NCBI GenBank assembly: GCA_038087875.1
Contig: CM075977.1
Span: 122,822,001 to 122,886,000, forward strand
Length of the DNA: 64,000 bases
Direction: 5' to 3'
DNA from: Malacoraja senta
Taxonomy: Eukaryota
The translations under genes and the position numbers were made by a program. Every line of letters starts with the position of its first letter. The first letter of the stretch is position 1. This document shows positions 36,961-49,599 of this stretch, piece after piece. Below the pieces are notes generated by a model. The model was not told the DNA's origin. It made no database searches and saw only the letters and a list, made by a program, of their open reading frames with translations.

Positions 36961-37242
36961 TTATGAATTGCAGCAAAATAGGGACACACAGAAACCCATC
37001 CTATTGTGGAAACTATCCCTTCAACTGCTTTCTTACCAACCTCTTTCGATACACTCACTAACCATGATGCAACCTCTTTCCTACCTTAGTTCATCCAACC
37101 AAGTGGCAATCCTGTGAATAGAGTGGTAAATAAGGCATATAGTATGCTCGCCTTCATTGATTGGGGCATTAAGAGTCAGGAAGTCATGATCCGCTCTACG
37201 AGACTTTCATTAGGCTGCATCTGAAGGATTACGTGCAGTTCT

Positions 37243-37855
37243 TTCTTTTAAAATCTTTTTATTGGGTTTTTTCCCCAAAAAACAAAAATAAAACATAAAA
37301 AACTGAGCAAAAAGAATAATGATAAACATAACAATGGTATTGATACATAGAGATCAGGATTACATTAATAACAGGTATAACCTAATATGAAACCAGTGTC
37401 AAAATACACAATGAATATAGACCTCCCGGTCTCTATGTAAATATAGTTAAATCTTTAAAATGAAACTTATAAATGTTAAAAAAAACACAAAGATAAAAAG
37501 ACAAAAAGAAAAAGAAAAAAAGGAAAAAACAAAACCCCCCTAAACTAAAGAAAAAAAAAAGAAAAATTGATAATAATGAAGTAAGAATAAAAATAAAATA
37601 AATAAAAAAACAAAACAAAGCAAAACCGAAACTGAACTGAGAATTTCAACAATTTAAGTCTGTTTGTCGTCAAGTCCGTTCCACCCTATAGAGGTAAAAT
37701 AATTTTTATAACGGTTAAAGAGGGAGCAATTTATGTTGTATGAAAGTGTTCAATAAATTTTTCCCAAGTCTTATCAAATTTAACCAAGGGTTCAACAATA
37801 TCACTCCTAATTTTTTCTAAATTTAAACAATATATCGTTTCAGAATACCACTGGA
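37243..37855 (-). mobile_element. 5'-truncated L1 3' end inserted in a CR1 fragment
   Basis: WYSETIYCLNLEKIR..KFDKTWEKFI*; A/T-rich 3' UTR; TSD gtgcagttct (37233) / gtgtagttct (37856). Confidence 0.8.
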
Positions 37856-38479
37856 GTGTAGTTCTGGTTTCTTTAGAGCTAGGAGACCTGAGGGGGGACC
37901 TGATTGAAATTATGAGGTAGATAAGGTATATAGAATAATTGCAAGTTTCTAATGGAATTTTTCCAAACCCCTTTCCAGAATGTTTGATCAGACTGTATAT
38001 AGTGGCATCTTTTGGCTCTCTTAAAACTCTCTCAACATTTCATGTGGGCATATGGAATGAGTTGAAACGAGAAACCCCTACTGTTTGGAGGTGGAGAAAC
38101 AAGACGGCTACTGCTCTGGAGCTCTGATTGCTTGCATTACAGTATCTGTGAAGAGTTTCATTAAATTAAGTAACAGCTTCATAGGGAGGAAATAATATTG
38201 TGAAAAAGCTTGACCAGTATTATATTAAATCCTGCCTTCCCTTGTTAACCTGAGCATACAGTAGCTCAGAATTATAGTTAATCCATCTGGTGCATATATG
38301 TTCCTTTAAAACTTCAATTTAAGCAAGATTGAAGACACTTCCTAACAAGGGGAGGGGGGGAGAGAAAGCTCAGAGACGTTGGAGCAAGAAATCTCTGGGA
38401 AGTGATAAGTGGACAGAGGTGGGGTGTGGGGAAGGGGGAGGTGGGACAGGAGGTTGATTGACAAATGGTTGGACAAAGT

Positions 38480-39910
38480 TATCTGGCAACTCATTCCATA
38501 TACCCACATGAAATGTTGCTTCTCAGGTTCCTATTCAATCTTTCTCCTCTCACCTTAAACCTATGCCCGCTGGTCTTGATTTCCTATGCTGGGTAAAATA
38601 CTCTAGCCTGCCCAACATCTCCGTGTACCTCAGGCCCTCGAATCCTGATAACATTCTCACAAATCGTCACTGCACTATCTCCAGCTTAATGACGTCCTTC
38701 CTGTAGCAAGGTGACCAAAACTGAACACAAAACTCCAAACCTGGCCTCACCAACATGTTGTATAACTGTAAAATAACATCCCAACATCTGAACTCAATAC
38801 CCTGACGGATAAAGGCCAATGTACCAAATGCTTACTTGGCCCATCCTATCGACCCGTAATGTCACTTTCAGGGAACTATGTACCTGTACTCCTAGATCCC
38901 TCTGCTCTACAACACTCTACGGCACTCTCCGGAGCACTACCATTCACAGTGAAGGGCCCGTCCTGGTTTGACTTCCCAAAATGCAACACCACACACTTAT
39001 CTGCAGTAAACTCCATTGACCATTCCTCAGCACACTTGCACAGCTGATCAAGATTCTGCTGTATTCTTTGATGACCATTTTTACTACCTACGATACTACC
39101 CACTTTTGTGTCATCAGCAAACTTGCTACTCATGCTTTGTACAGTCTTATCAAAACAGTTAATATAAATTACAAATAGCAATGGGCCCAGCACCGATCCG
39201 TGTGGCACGCCATTAGTCACAGGTCTCCAGTCCAAATAAGCAAAATTCACCTAATGCTTCCTTTAATGAAGTCAATTCTCTATCCAGTCAGTCAGGTCTC
39301 CATAGATCCTTATCTCTTTTTATCTTTTCCCTCAGAATCACCTTCTGCTTCCTTTAATGAAGTCAATTCTCTATCCAGTCAGTCAGCTCTCCATGGATCT
39401 TTATCTCTTTTTATCTTTTCCCTCAGATCCTCTGCAGTAACTTGCCGATCACAGATGTTAGGCTCACTGGACTATGACTTCTGAGGCTTTTCCTTGCAAC
39501 CCTTCTTAAATAGAGGCACTACATTAGCCATCATCCAGTCTTCTGGTACTTCATCTGTTTAATGATGATTCCTATATTTTAGCCAGAGCACCTGTAGTTT
39601 CTTCTCTAGCTTCCTAGCATCCTTGGATATATCTAATCAGGCCTGGAGATGTATTTACTTTTGTATGCCTTCGGACATCCAGCATCTCCTCAACTGTATT
39701 ACAGACTGCCTTCAATCTCCATTCAATCTGCATGTCTTTCTCCATGGGAAAAACAGAGAAGAAATACTCATCGAGGAATTTGCCCATCTCCTGCGAATCC
39801 ACATTGAAATGACTGCTTTGGTTTCTGATCCACCCTATTGTCTCTCTAGTTTTCTCTTTCCCTTATTGTACTTATAAACTGTCTATGAATTCTCCTTAAT
39901 ATTATTTGCC
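38480..39910 (-). mobile_element. Degenerate CR1 LINE with about 88-bp tandem duplication (about 39255-39430)
   Basis: VTNGVPHGSVLGPLLFVIYIN, KFADDTKV. Confidence 0.85.
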
Positions 39911-40319
39911 AGGTAAGAGATGAACCATGTGTAGCAGAATTTTCAGGAAGTTGACACATTGGCAAGGAAATAGCCGTCACCCTGCTAACTTCTAAACTAT
40001 AATATGAATCAGAATATAAGATGCATCAAAGAAAATGAAACATGAAAAAAAAGAAAAATAGCAATTGCCCTAATTTCAATGTTATTTTCCCTTCAGATCA
40101 TTTCCCACAGATGTCAAGTCTTCTTGCTTTATCTATTGAATCTTATAAGAACCCAAATACTTTTCCAGTCATTGAGACCAAGGGCGTGAAGGAAATTGCC
40201 TTAAATAAAGGTGGGAGAAACTGAAGTCCTCGTGGATCAGAGAGAAATAAGGGAAGAGACCACGATTAATTTCATCACAAGACACATGTAGATTGGATGA
40301 AATATGAATGAATGATGCT

Positions 40320-40403
40320 TAGGTACACAAAAATGCTGGAGAAACTCAGCGGGTGCAGCAGCATCTATGGAGCGAAGGAAATAGGCAACGTTTCGGGCCG
40401 AAA
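40320..40403 (-). mobile_element. Penelope-derived short element (same subfamily as 15370)
   Basis: near-identical reverse complement of 15380-15465. Confidence 0.8.
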
Positions 40404-40715
40404 TGATGCTTTATTGTCATATGTATCTAGGGTACTTAGGTGCAGAGAAGTGCTTTGTTTTGCATACAACCTAGACAGTACGCAAGTATCACCACATGTC
40501 TGGCGCCAACAAAGTTACAAAGTACCGAACAGTCCTATCCACTGCCTGCAACCACATGTGGCAGCAGGCCCCTCCCACCCACGACAGTTCCATCTTTGTT
40601 CTTCGCGGCTCCCCCACGCTGTTTTTCCACTTTGTTCCATGTAGTGGCATGTAACTGAGAAAGTTATTTAACAGGGATAGGCTGCTCTCACCCATGTGCT
40701 AAGTTTTAGTTAAAA

Positions 40716-41294
40716 CAAGACTAAGTGGGACCCGTTGGGTCCCAGCTTCACACGGGAGGGCTGGTCCCCCAATGCAATATTCCACCTCTCCACCAATTCC
40801 AATATTGCTGGCCAGTGGGGGTGGGGGGGCTTTCTGGAGCACTAGTATGGGTCTTGTGGGCCACAGGGACTTGTTTCCAAAGCACATAAAACCACATAAA
40901 ACCACATAAAGCACATAAAGGGCACTCACAATTCAGTAGACACTCAGTGTTGTGTAGATTCCCAGCTCAGACTGAGAGTCGTGGCCTCTCCCTCGCCATC
41001 TTGCAGTGACTGAGCCACTTCCAGACTTCCGGGTTTTATAGCCCCTCCCCCACCCGCGGAAGGGGCGTGGCCTGCACCACGGCGATTGACAGGAGAGAGA
41101 ATCTCAAGATTTTTTTAAACACTGATAACTCTTTTATTTTTTGTCGATGGGAAAAATCCTCGGGGCTTGATCATCGGAGGAGGATTCTGAGTAAGATGGC
41201 TAAAAAATCACAGCCATGTATGGTAGCATTTTTTCTAAAATCAAACAACAACGCCTTCAGGAAGTGGTCAAGATGAGACTTTTAATTATATAGA
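40716..41294 (-). mobile_element. Non-autonomous Helitron 2
   Basis: minus-strand 5' TCTATATAATT; perfect hairpin gggaccc-gtt-gggtccc (40727-40743) about 11 nt from a CTTG 3' end; termini homologous to Helitron 1. Confidence 0.75.
40994..41090 (-). promoter_or_regulatory. Pol II core-promoter-like module inside Helitron 2
   Basis: minus strand: GCCACGCCCC, TATAAAA (41040-41034), CCGGAAGT, Inr TCAGTC (A at 41011, 29 nt from TATA), AAGATGGCG. Confidence 0.6.
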
Positions 41295-41307
41295 TAAAGA
41301 TATCTGA

Positions 41308-41490
41308 CTTCTTCAGTCAGAGGGTGGTGAATCTGTGGAATTCTTTGCCACAGAAGGCTGCGGAAGCCAAATCAGTGGTACATTTAAGGCAGAGATAGAT
41401 AGAATCTTGATTAGTATGGCCATGATTGAATGGTGGAGTAGACTTGATTGGCTGAATGGCCTAATTTGGCTCCTATCACTTATGATTTGT
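41308..41490 (+). mobile_element. CR1 3' fragment
   Basis: FFSQRVVNLWNSLPQKAAEA. Confidence 0.75.
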
Positions 41491-43330
41491 GACATCAAAG
41501 CAATCACAAAAATAAGGTTGTGGCTGGTAAAATTTTTGCACAGTAAATGGATACCAGAGCAAAATGCACAGAAAATCAGCTATCACCTGTCTGCAAAGCA
41601 CATTATTCACAGAACTGTCACTTAGAATGGAGATGGGCACAGTGATCTTAAGCCGTGGAATTCCTTTTCCTCAACTCATTTTAATTTAATGCCAATTTAA
41701 AGAAAATAGAGCAAAATGGGCATTTCACACATTCAGTCCAAGATAAATTTCCGTTAACAATGAGAACAACTAGCCAAGTTCTATAAAATATAATCTAGTC
41801 GCAAGAACTTACTGTTATGATCTCTTTAATACTATTGGTGGTTTTGGAACCCTCTGAAATGCATCTTCTATTATATCAATGATATTCAAACTGTTTGTTT
41901 TTATTCATTTCAGACAAGAAGCAAAGACGTTAGCCACAAAATAGTATTACATTCATTCTGTACAATCCAATGAAGGATAAAATGAAGTTGGCTGAATAAA
42001 GAGTGTCCTGTGGAATGGTCAAATTTTGTTGGAAAGTGAAAAACTTTTATCAACGGGGTAGTTTTTTTCAATGGAATAAACATGATATGAATAAGTAACT
42101 ACACACAAGTGCCTTTTTAATGAAACAGAAAGACAGTTGCACTTCTATTTTCTGTAGTGAAAGTAGTTATGGACCATTTTTAATTTAAATAATACACTGC
42201 TTTTTCAGCATGGCAGCAGCTGAAATATGAGCCTTTCAAGGGAAATGCAATCTGGAAATACATTTGACAGTGAAATGTTGTATTTCATAGTGATTCTCTA
42301 TCTATTGAGTCGGAGATGAACAATTACTAACTAAAGGGCTTGCTTTGTGTATGTCACAAAACAACACTTCTTTCTAATCTACCTTATGTTTGGGTAAAAC
42401 ACCATCTTATAACGTGTAATAATTTGAAGGGAAATGAAGCCGTATTTTTCTGTGGAAATATTTTAAAACGGAATCCAACATAATATTGTATTGGCCTTCT
42501 CTGCTCAGGGGACACAGAAAACCTAAAGGTAATTGCAATATGTTAAATAAATCCTTTCACCCTCCACATGTTTCAATTCCCACTGTTCTACGAGTCCCCA
42601 TCACTCTCAAAAATTGCTATTGTAGTGAAGGTTCTTATCAGCTAGAATTCCGTGTTAATGGCCAGCAATTTGTTAGTTGTATGTTTGTCTGGAAATTGCT
42701 TCAGGTCTTTGGAGCTTTCAGTACATGACTGTACCAACACTGTCTGATATCCTTGTGCTTGTTAATTCTTCGTTTCTTTCTAATAGGAGGAATCAATGAA
42801 AATCACAGAGTGCACCTGCGACGTACTAATTCCACCCACATCAAATGATCGTTATAGCCATGGCAGGTTCTGACAAGTCAGGAATGAGCTGGGAATTGTA
42901 ACCGATTCACTTGGGAACGTTTACTACAACAGGAGCTACTCTCAGTTCTCCATTGTCACCTCGCAGAAGAAGAAAGAGCTACCAGAAATATCATTAGGAT
43001 CCAAACGAGTACTGACAGGAATAATTGTTAAGCCACCCATCAAACATAAAGATTCAATCACAATGACCTGGCAATGATTGAATAGAATTACCGCCAGCAG
43101 TTCAGGTTTAACATGAATAAAGCTGAGTTTTGTACCTTCTTGAGACAAGCGCAAAAATGGAGATAGTACTGCCTGTAGCCATCGGTGGGACCATGATTCT
43201 TTATTCCATCCTATCAAGCTGCTCAGTGATATCTGTAGGAATGAACTGCAGATGCTGGTTTCAACCCAAGATCGACATAAAATGCTGGAGGAACTCAGCG
43301 GGACAGGCAGCATCTCTGGAGAGAAGGAAT

Positions 43331-44089
43331 CACACTCAATCACAATCACAATCACAATAATACTTTATTAGCCAAGTATGTTTTGCAACATATGAGGAAT
43401 TTCATTTGCCAATGTTAAAAACAAAAAGCAACAGAACACACAAAATACATTTTAACATAAACATCCATCACAGTGACTCCTCCACATTCCTCACTGTGAT
43501 GGAAGGCGAAAAAAATTCAAATTTCTTCCCTTCTGTGCTCTCCTGCGTTCGGGGCCCTCCGTTGACAGGACGATCTTGACTCCCATAGCCAGCGGCGTTT
43601 GGGCCCGCCGCATCAGGGCGATCAGCTCCTGCATCGGGGGGGGGATGTCAGCTCCCCCGCGCTGGCCATCGGACCCCGCGTCGGGGCTGGTCGAGCCTCC
43701 GCGTCATTGGAGCTTCCCGACTCGGCCTCTCCCGAGACTGCGAGCTCGCAATGGTAAAGTCCGCAGGCTGCGATTGGAGCGATCCCAGGCAAGGGATCGG
43801 CTCCGATATTAAGCCCACACCCCGCGGTGGGGCTCAAGGTCAGTCCGAGGAGGCCGCTAGCTCCATCGATGTTAGGCCGCAGAGCGACCAGAGATACGAT
43901 CTGGAAAATAATCGCATCTCCGGCAAGGTAAGAAACTGAAAAAAAAGTTTCCCCTGATCCCCTCCCCCTCCTCGCACATGAAACAAACTGGAGAACATTT
44001 ACACAATCTTTTAATACACACTAAAAATTTAAAAAATATCCAAAGAAACAGACAGACTGTTGGCGGTGCTGCCAATCATGCAGCGCCCC
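43331..44089 (-). mobile_element. Copy C of the GC-rich hairpin-bearing SINE-like family
   Basis: (gattgt)n tail; hairpin 43464-43503; 5' part similar to 15944-16130. Confidence 0.7.
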
Positions 44090-44116
44090 TGGATGTGACC
44101 TTTCGGGTTGAGACCT

Positions 44117-44148
44117 GTCTGACGAAGGGTCTCGACCCGAAACGTCAC
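44117..44148 (+). ncRNA. Minimal type-I hammerhead ribozyme motif (Penelope-type)
   Basis: gt-CTGACGA-A-GGGTC-TC-GACCC-GAAA-CGTC-ac: intact core boxes, stem II, palindromic ACGU stem III and GUC site; stem I only 2 bp. Confidence 0.65.
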
Positions 44149-44689
44149 CCATTCCTTCTCTCAAGAGATGCTGCCTGTCCCGCTGAGTTACTCCAGCATT
44201 TTGTGTCTATGCTCAGTGATATCTGTCCTGCTGAATTCATTTCAATCCCCAATTCCAGATAGTCACCAATTTATTTTTTTATAAGAACTGCTTTACCCCC
44301 TCCCCCTAAAAATGCTTCTTGGCTAATCATCACCGTTAATAGATTTTAATCTATCATTGACACAATGCAACAATTGGCCTTCTTCTGTGCAGTACAACTC
44401 TTGAATCGTTGATGAAGCCATAGAAGTATGGCAAAAAATATATACAATGGGGATAACTTGATCACCAGAATCAATGCTGATGTTTTTGGGCTAAGGCAGG
44501 GCAGTGGATGCAATGGATGTCCAACTGATCAGCTCTGGCAATGGAAGAGATCTAGGATAGAAGGGTGGCTATGGGAATGGGAAGGGAAGTTGAAATGGTG
44601 AACAAGTGTAAAGCAGTGATGGTCAGCTTGGACATGATGGGTTAAAGGACCTGTTTCTGTGCTGTATCTTTCAATCAATCAAAACCTCA

Positions 44690-45250
44690 GATTCACTTGA
44701 ACTCTGCCACCTCCCTCCCCTTTCTTGATCTCTCTCCATTACAGGGGACAGACTAAGTTCCGAGCTAACCATTTTAACTCTCCTTCCCATTCCTACACTG
44801 TCCTTGAGCAAAACACAATGTGCTGGAGGCACTCAGCGCACCAGACAGCATCTGTGGAAGGAATGGACAGATGACATATTGGGTTGGGAATCAAACTAGC
44901 TCCCAACACCCCCCCCCCTCTTTCCCGTGCCCCCCCTTCCCCCCCCCCCACCCCCCCTTCCCCCCCCCCTCCTACCGGGTGCACACACACTCTCTAACCA
45001 CCTCCCAACTCCCCAGTCACTTTACCTCCTCTCCCTGGTACACTCATTTCACATCCCCATTCATCCCCCTCTTTTCCAGCTTTCCCCCCTCCTGCCCCCC
45101 CCCACCACTCCTAGTGTGAAGAATTGTCCACCCAAAATGTCGTCTGTTCATTCCCTCCCTCCACTGATGTTGCCTGACCTGCTGAGTTCCTCCAGCACTT
45201 TTGTGTCTTGCTCAAGATTCCATCATCTGCTGTTTCTTGTGGCTCCAGTT
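44690..45250. mobile_element. Penelope remnant plus inverted short element with C-rich centre
   Basis: ANHFNSPSHSYT-like segment; inverted arms at about 44803-44890 and 45113-45240. Confidence 0.6.
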
Positions 45251-45964
45251 TCTCTGAGATGTAGCTCCTGAAAAATTGGAGCCAATAATTGGCACCGTTG
45301 TTACAAAACCTCTCGTTTTAAGTAAAGAACTTGAAATAGTTATTCGAATGTTGGAGAAAGGAATAATAGACAATTCTATTAAATATTTACTCGTGGTCTA
45401 TTTGTCAAATTACTCACTATGCCATCAATGTCGGGAGATTTTATTTTTAATTTAGCTAATTTATTGCATTATAAATATTAAATGTCATTGTAAGTAAATG
45501 ACACTGTTCATCAGCCAAATTTACCAATTGATGACATAGGCATGGTCAAAATATATTCATAGGAATTGACAATCAGACCATTGTTTGCAATATTATCACA
45601 TCTACAGACCTCCCTAATCATTTTAACCACAATACTGACAGCAACAGATTTAACTATAATGTCCTGTTGTTTTAAATGCCAAAATAAGAAATGTTATGTA
45701 ACTTGTGGGCTTAAGTATCATTTGACAGACAATAAAAGCTGCAAAATATGACTGGTTATCTGCCAAATAAAACTAATAGTAACTGGTAGTTTTGTTTACT
45801 ATGTGGCATATAATAGTAGCACCGTGGTTGTTTTAGCTACAACATGAATGTCTGGTGTTGTAAATGCCTTTAGATTTGGATTTTTGTGGTGCACTGTGTT
45901 AATAAAAGTAATTCCGCTTCTCGCTCGGTCAGCACGTTCAAATTACTACACGTCACAGTAACAT

Positions 45965-46175
45965 TTAGAGACACAAGAGGCTGCAGATGCAGTAATCTTA
46001 GACAAAAAACAAACTGCTGGAGAATCTTAACAGTTCTGGCAGCATCTGTGAAGTCAAAGTAATTGTCAACAATTTCAAATCCCCTGTTCATTCCTAATGC
46101 AGGGCCTCGACCCAAAATGTTTATCATCCCGTTACCTCCACAGATGCTGCCTGGCCTGCTGAGTTCCTCCAGCAC
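45965..46175. mobile_element. Degenerate palindromic Penelope-derived element
   Basis: ctgcagatgc...gcagcatctgtg ... gggcctcgacccaaaatgt...cagatgctgcctggcctgctgagttcctccagc. Confidence 0.65.
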
Positions 46176-46477
46176 CCAGTAACATTTATTTTGATTTAAG
46201 CTTTTTGGTAAAATAGTTGCTCCTTTCAATGTTTGAATGAGTGATTAACCATGTGGAGAGAGAAAGGCAACTTTTGCATGGAACATAACATTTTATATAA
46301 ATGGAAACCAAATCTGGTCCTATTTGAAAAGTACCTTCAGCAAGCTAGGTGTCCCTGACCATTTTCTTAATTTGTCTCCACACTAGGCCTGACGATTGAG
46401 GCCAACCTTACTACAGCCACCTCCTGCAGCAAATGTCAAGTTGAAGCAAGCAGTGATGCTCATTGAAGCTGCTAATC

Positions 46478-46830
46478 CATTGAAAGGCCTGGATAGAATG
46501 GATGTGGAGAGGATGTTTCCACTAGTGGGAGACTCTAGGACCAGAAGGCACAGCCTCAGAATAAAAGGATGTACCTTCAAAGAGGATATCAGGAAGAATT
46601 TATTTAGCCAGAGGATGATGAATGTGTGGAATTCTTTGCCACAGATGGCTGTGGAGGCTACGTCATTGGGTATTTTTAAAGCAGATATTGATAGGACCTT
46701 GATTAACACGAGTGTGAACAGTTATGGGGAGAAAGCAGGAGAATGTTGTTGAGAGGGAAAGATAGATTAGCCATGATTGGATGGCGGAGCAGACTCGATG
46801 GGCCCAATGGCTTAATTATGCTCCTATGGG
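46478..46830 (+). mobile_element. CR1 3' fragment
   Basis: LKGLDRMDVERMFPLVGDSRTRRHSLRIKG. Confidence 0.85.
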
Positions 46831-47632
46831 TTTTTATGGCATTATTCAATCAATTAATTAATCAATATTCAATCAATACTGCCTGATACCTCATAAAATT
46901 TGCCAAATAAAATATAAGCAGATAATATTGACAGATTGAAACAAATAAGGTCATTAATACTCAATAAGTTAAGATATATCTGTTTGGAAAGAAACAGTTA
47001 CTGCTTCAGGGCATTATTTCAGGATATGTTTCTTATACCTTTAACTATATTATGCCCTCGACCATGTCTCAATTACACTCTCCCTAAATTGAAAAGCCTG
47101 ATTTTCCACACTCTTCCCTTTAACTCAGTTTCCTGACATCAACACTTCTCTGCATGACCTGCAATGCTTGAATTTCCTCTCTTCTCAGTGCACAGAAATG
47201 GATTTGATCAGCCCAGATTATAAAATGCCTCAGATTTTATATTCTAATATTTTGCTTATGTAGTTTACGAACCTCAGTTCTAATCTCTGCTGGCAGCCAA
47301 TCATGAAGTTTGCTTTTCATCTATTCTTTGATTCAGCGCATAATATTTTACATTTATATGTATTACATTTTGTCTGCTCAGTATTCTGCCAATCTACATC
47401 TTTGCAGCTTGTGATCTGACACTTTAAAAGCTTTCCCGCCCCTCCTGATTTTATTCCCCCCGTAAGTTGGGATCAATTTGCATTGAGTTTCCTGGTCATT
47501 TATGTAAATTGGAATGTCATAGTCCCAACTTTGAGATCTGGGCCATCCTTCAGATTGCTTTGTTACACGGTGATATTATTGTCCCTCTGAATGTATGCTG
47601 ACTGCTGTTTACTGGTCATCTGCACATTTTGT

Positions 47633-47915
47633 GGGTGGCACAGCGGTGCAGCGGTAGAGCTGCTGACTCAGAGCGCCAGAGACCTGGGTTCAATCTTGAC
47701 TACGGGTGCTGTCGATGTGGAGCTTGCACGTTCTCCCTGTGACCGTGTGGGTTTTCTCCAGGTGCTATGGTTTCCTCCCACATCCCAAAGACGTGCAGGT
47801 TGTAGATTCATTGGCTCCTGTAAATTGCCCCTAGTGTGTTGGACATAGAACTAGTGAACGGGTGATCAATGGTTAGCATGGACTTGGGGTGCCAAAGGGC
47901 CTGTTTCCATGCTGG
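47633..47915 (+). mobile_element. V-SINE (HE1-like)
   Basis: tRNA head, V-domain, CR1 tail. Confidence 0.85.
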
Positions 47916-48891
47916 AATAATAAAAACGAAAAAAAAAAACATTTGCACTCAAAAAGATATTGATTAGCAACAGAACTTGTGGCTATTTCTCCCAGCCCCA
48001 GTTCAATGCCTAGAAACCATGCCTCCAATTGCTTCAGGTGAGTCTTGTTGACTCAGCACAGACCGGATTCACAATAGGGATCTGCCAGGTAAGTACAGGT
48101 TGATATAGTGAAATATTTACTAGAGTGACAAAAAACAAGGAGAAAAATAATTAAGAACAAGAAATACTGCTCTTGTACAACTGATCATTGATGCATTTAA
48201 GTAACCTTAATCAATTGTTGAAATTTGAAGAAAATAATATTTATTGAACTGCAAAAGAAAATTCCAAGCATTTCTATTTCTTGCAGCCATGCATATGCAG
48301 GGTGCACTCATAATAACAAATACAAACATCAATTTATTTTCAGAAGACTGTCATCATACATCCTCTTATCACTGCATACAAGTAGTGCGTCACTGATGTC
48401 ACTATTTATTTCAACAAACCATCTAAATCCTTGTACCACACACATTACAATCCCAACAGCTCTATGAAAATATAGTTGAACATATTCAGCATTCATTTTA
48501 CTTTGTCAAATCCCAAGCCATTTTTCAATATTACATAGGAGCATTTGATATAAAGCAGCTTTGTGAGGTAGTATTTTATCCACCTAAATATAACTATAAA
48601 ATGAATAGAGTGAAAGTGTGCTTCAGCTACACAATATCTTCTTCAATAACATCTGGCAAATTGAAAGATTCAAGATTTGAATGAAAAAACCCAGCTTACA
48701 TTTCAAAATGTAAGCTGTTCAGGCAGTTTCTTGCCAACATTCCCTGCAGAGAATTTGTATGTATGAATAAGTAGTGTTTAAAAAGCACCTTTGGCATAAT
48801 GCAGGGTAGTTCACAAGATCATTCATCACACCAAATCAAGAAAGGAGATATTAAGGTCAATGACTAAAAGCTTGGCAAAAGCAATATATTT

Positions 48892-49126
48892 NNNNNNNNN
48901 NNNNNNNNNNNNNNNNNNNNNNNNNNNNNNNNNNNNNNNNNNNNNNNNNNNNNNNNNNNNNNNNNNNNNNNNNNNNNNNNNNNNNNNNNNNNNNNNNNNN
49001 NNNNNNNNNNNNNNNNNNNNNNNNNNNNNNNNNNNNNNNNNNNNNNNNNNNNNNNNNNNNNNNNNNNNNNNNNNNNNNNNNNNNNNNNNNNNNNNNNNNN
49101 NNNNNNNNNNNNNNNNNNNNNNNNNN
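48892..49126. other. Assembly gap (N run)
   Basis: N characters. Confidence 1.
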
Positions 49127-49599
49127 ACGTTTAGATAAATCATTCCAGAGCCTGTGGGAGTTGTCAAATAGCTGAAAGTATGACTGTGAGTTGAAGAAAC
49201 TAGAGAATTTTGAGGTCAGGATTAAAGGAATGCAAAGTTATTAGAGATTTGTATGTAAGGACAGCAGACATTGCAGCAAGGATAAGCCACTGAGCCATTT
49301 GTTTCCATCCAGCCCATTCATAAGAATTGTTGATATTTCAAATGGTGCCTCTTTTCTGCACTAGTTCTTTTCCCATAATTTCTTCAATTTCTAAAACTTT
49401 CAGCCTCTGTCCTGATCCATCGGTGGCTGAGCTTTCCTAGTATGGAGGATATAACATTCCAAAGATCCTCTCAATGAATGGATTTCTTCTGCTAATTATT
49501 GACCTCTTGTCTTGAAATTAGGATTCTGATTCCAGCCAGGGGAGACAAATAACAACCCCCCCCTCCCCCACTCCACTCAACTTCGGCATGCTGCTTGCT

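Larger units (their letters stand above)
43236..44212. mobile_element. Palindromic Penelope-derived element split by a SINE-like insertion
   Basis: arm 43236-43330 is the reverse complement of about 44150-44212 plus the family end. Confidence 0.8.

Noticed and set aside
43460-43520. Possible HDV-like ribozyme (ttcctcac loop followed by ggcgaa)
   Set aside because: No P2 pairing can be formed and there is no G at the expected cleavage position
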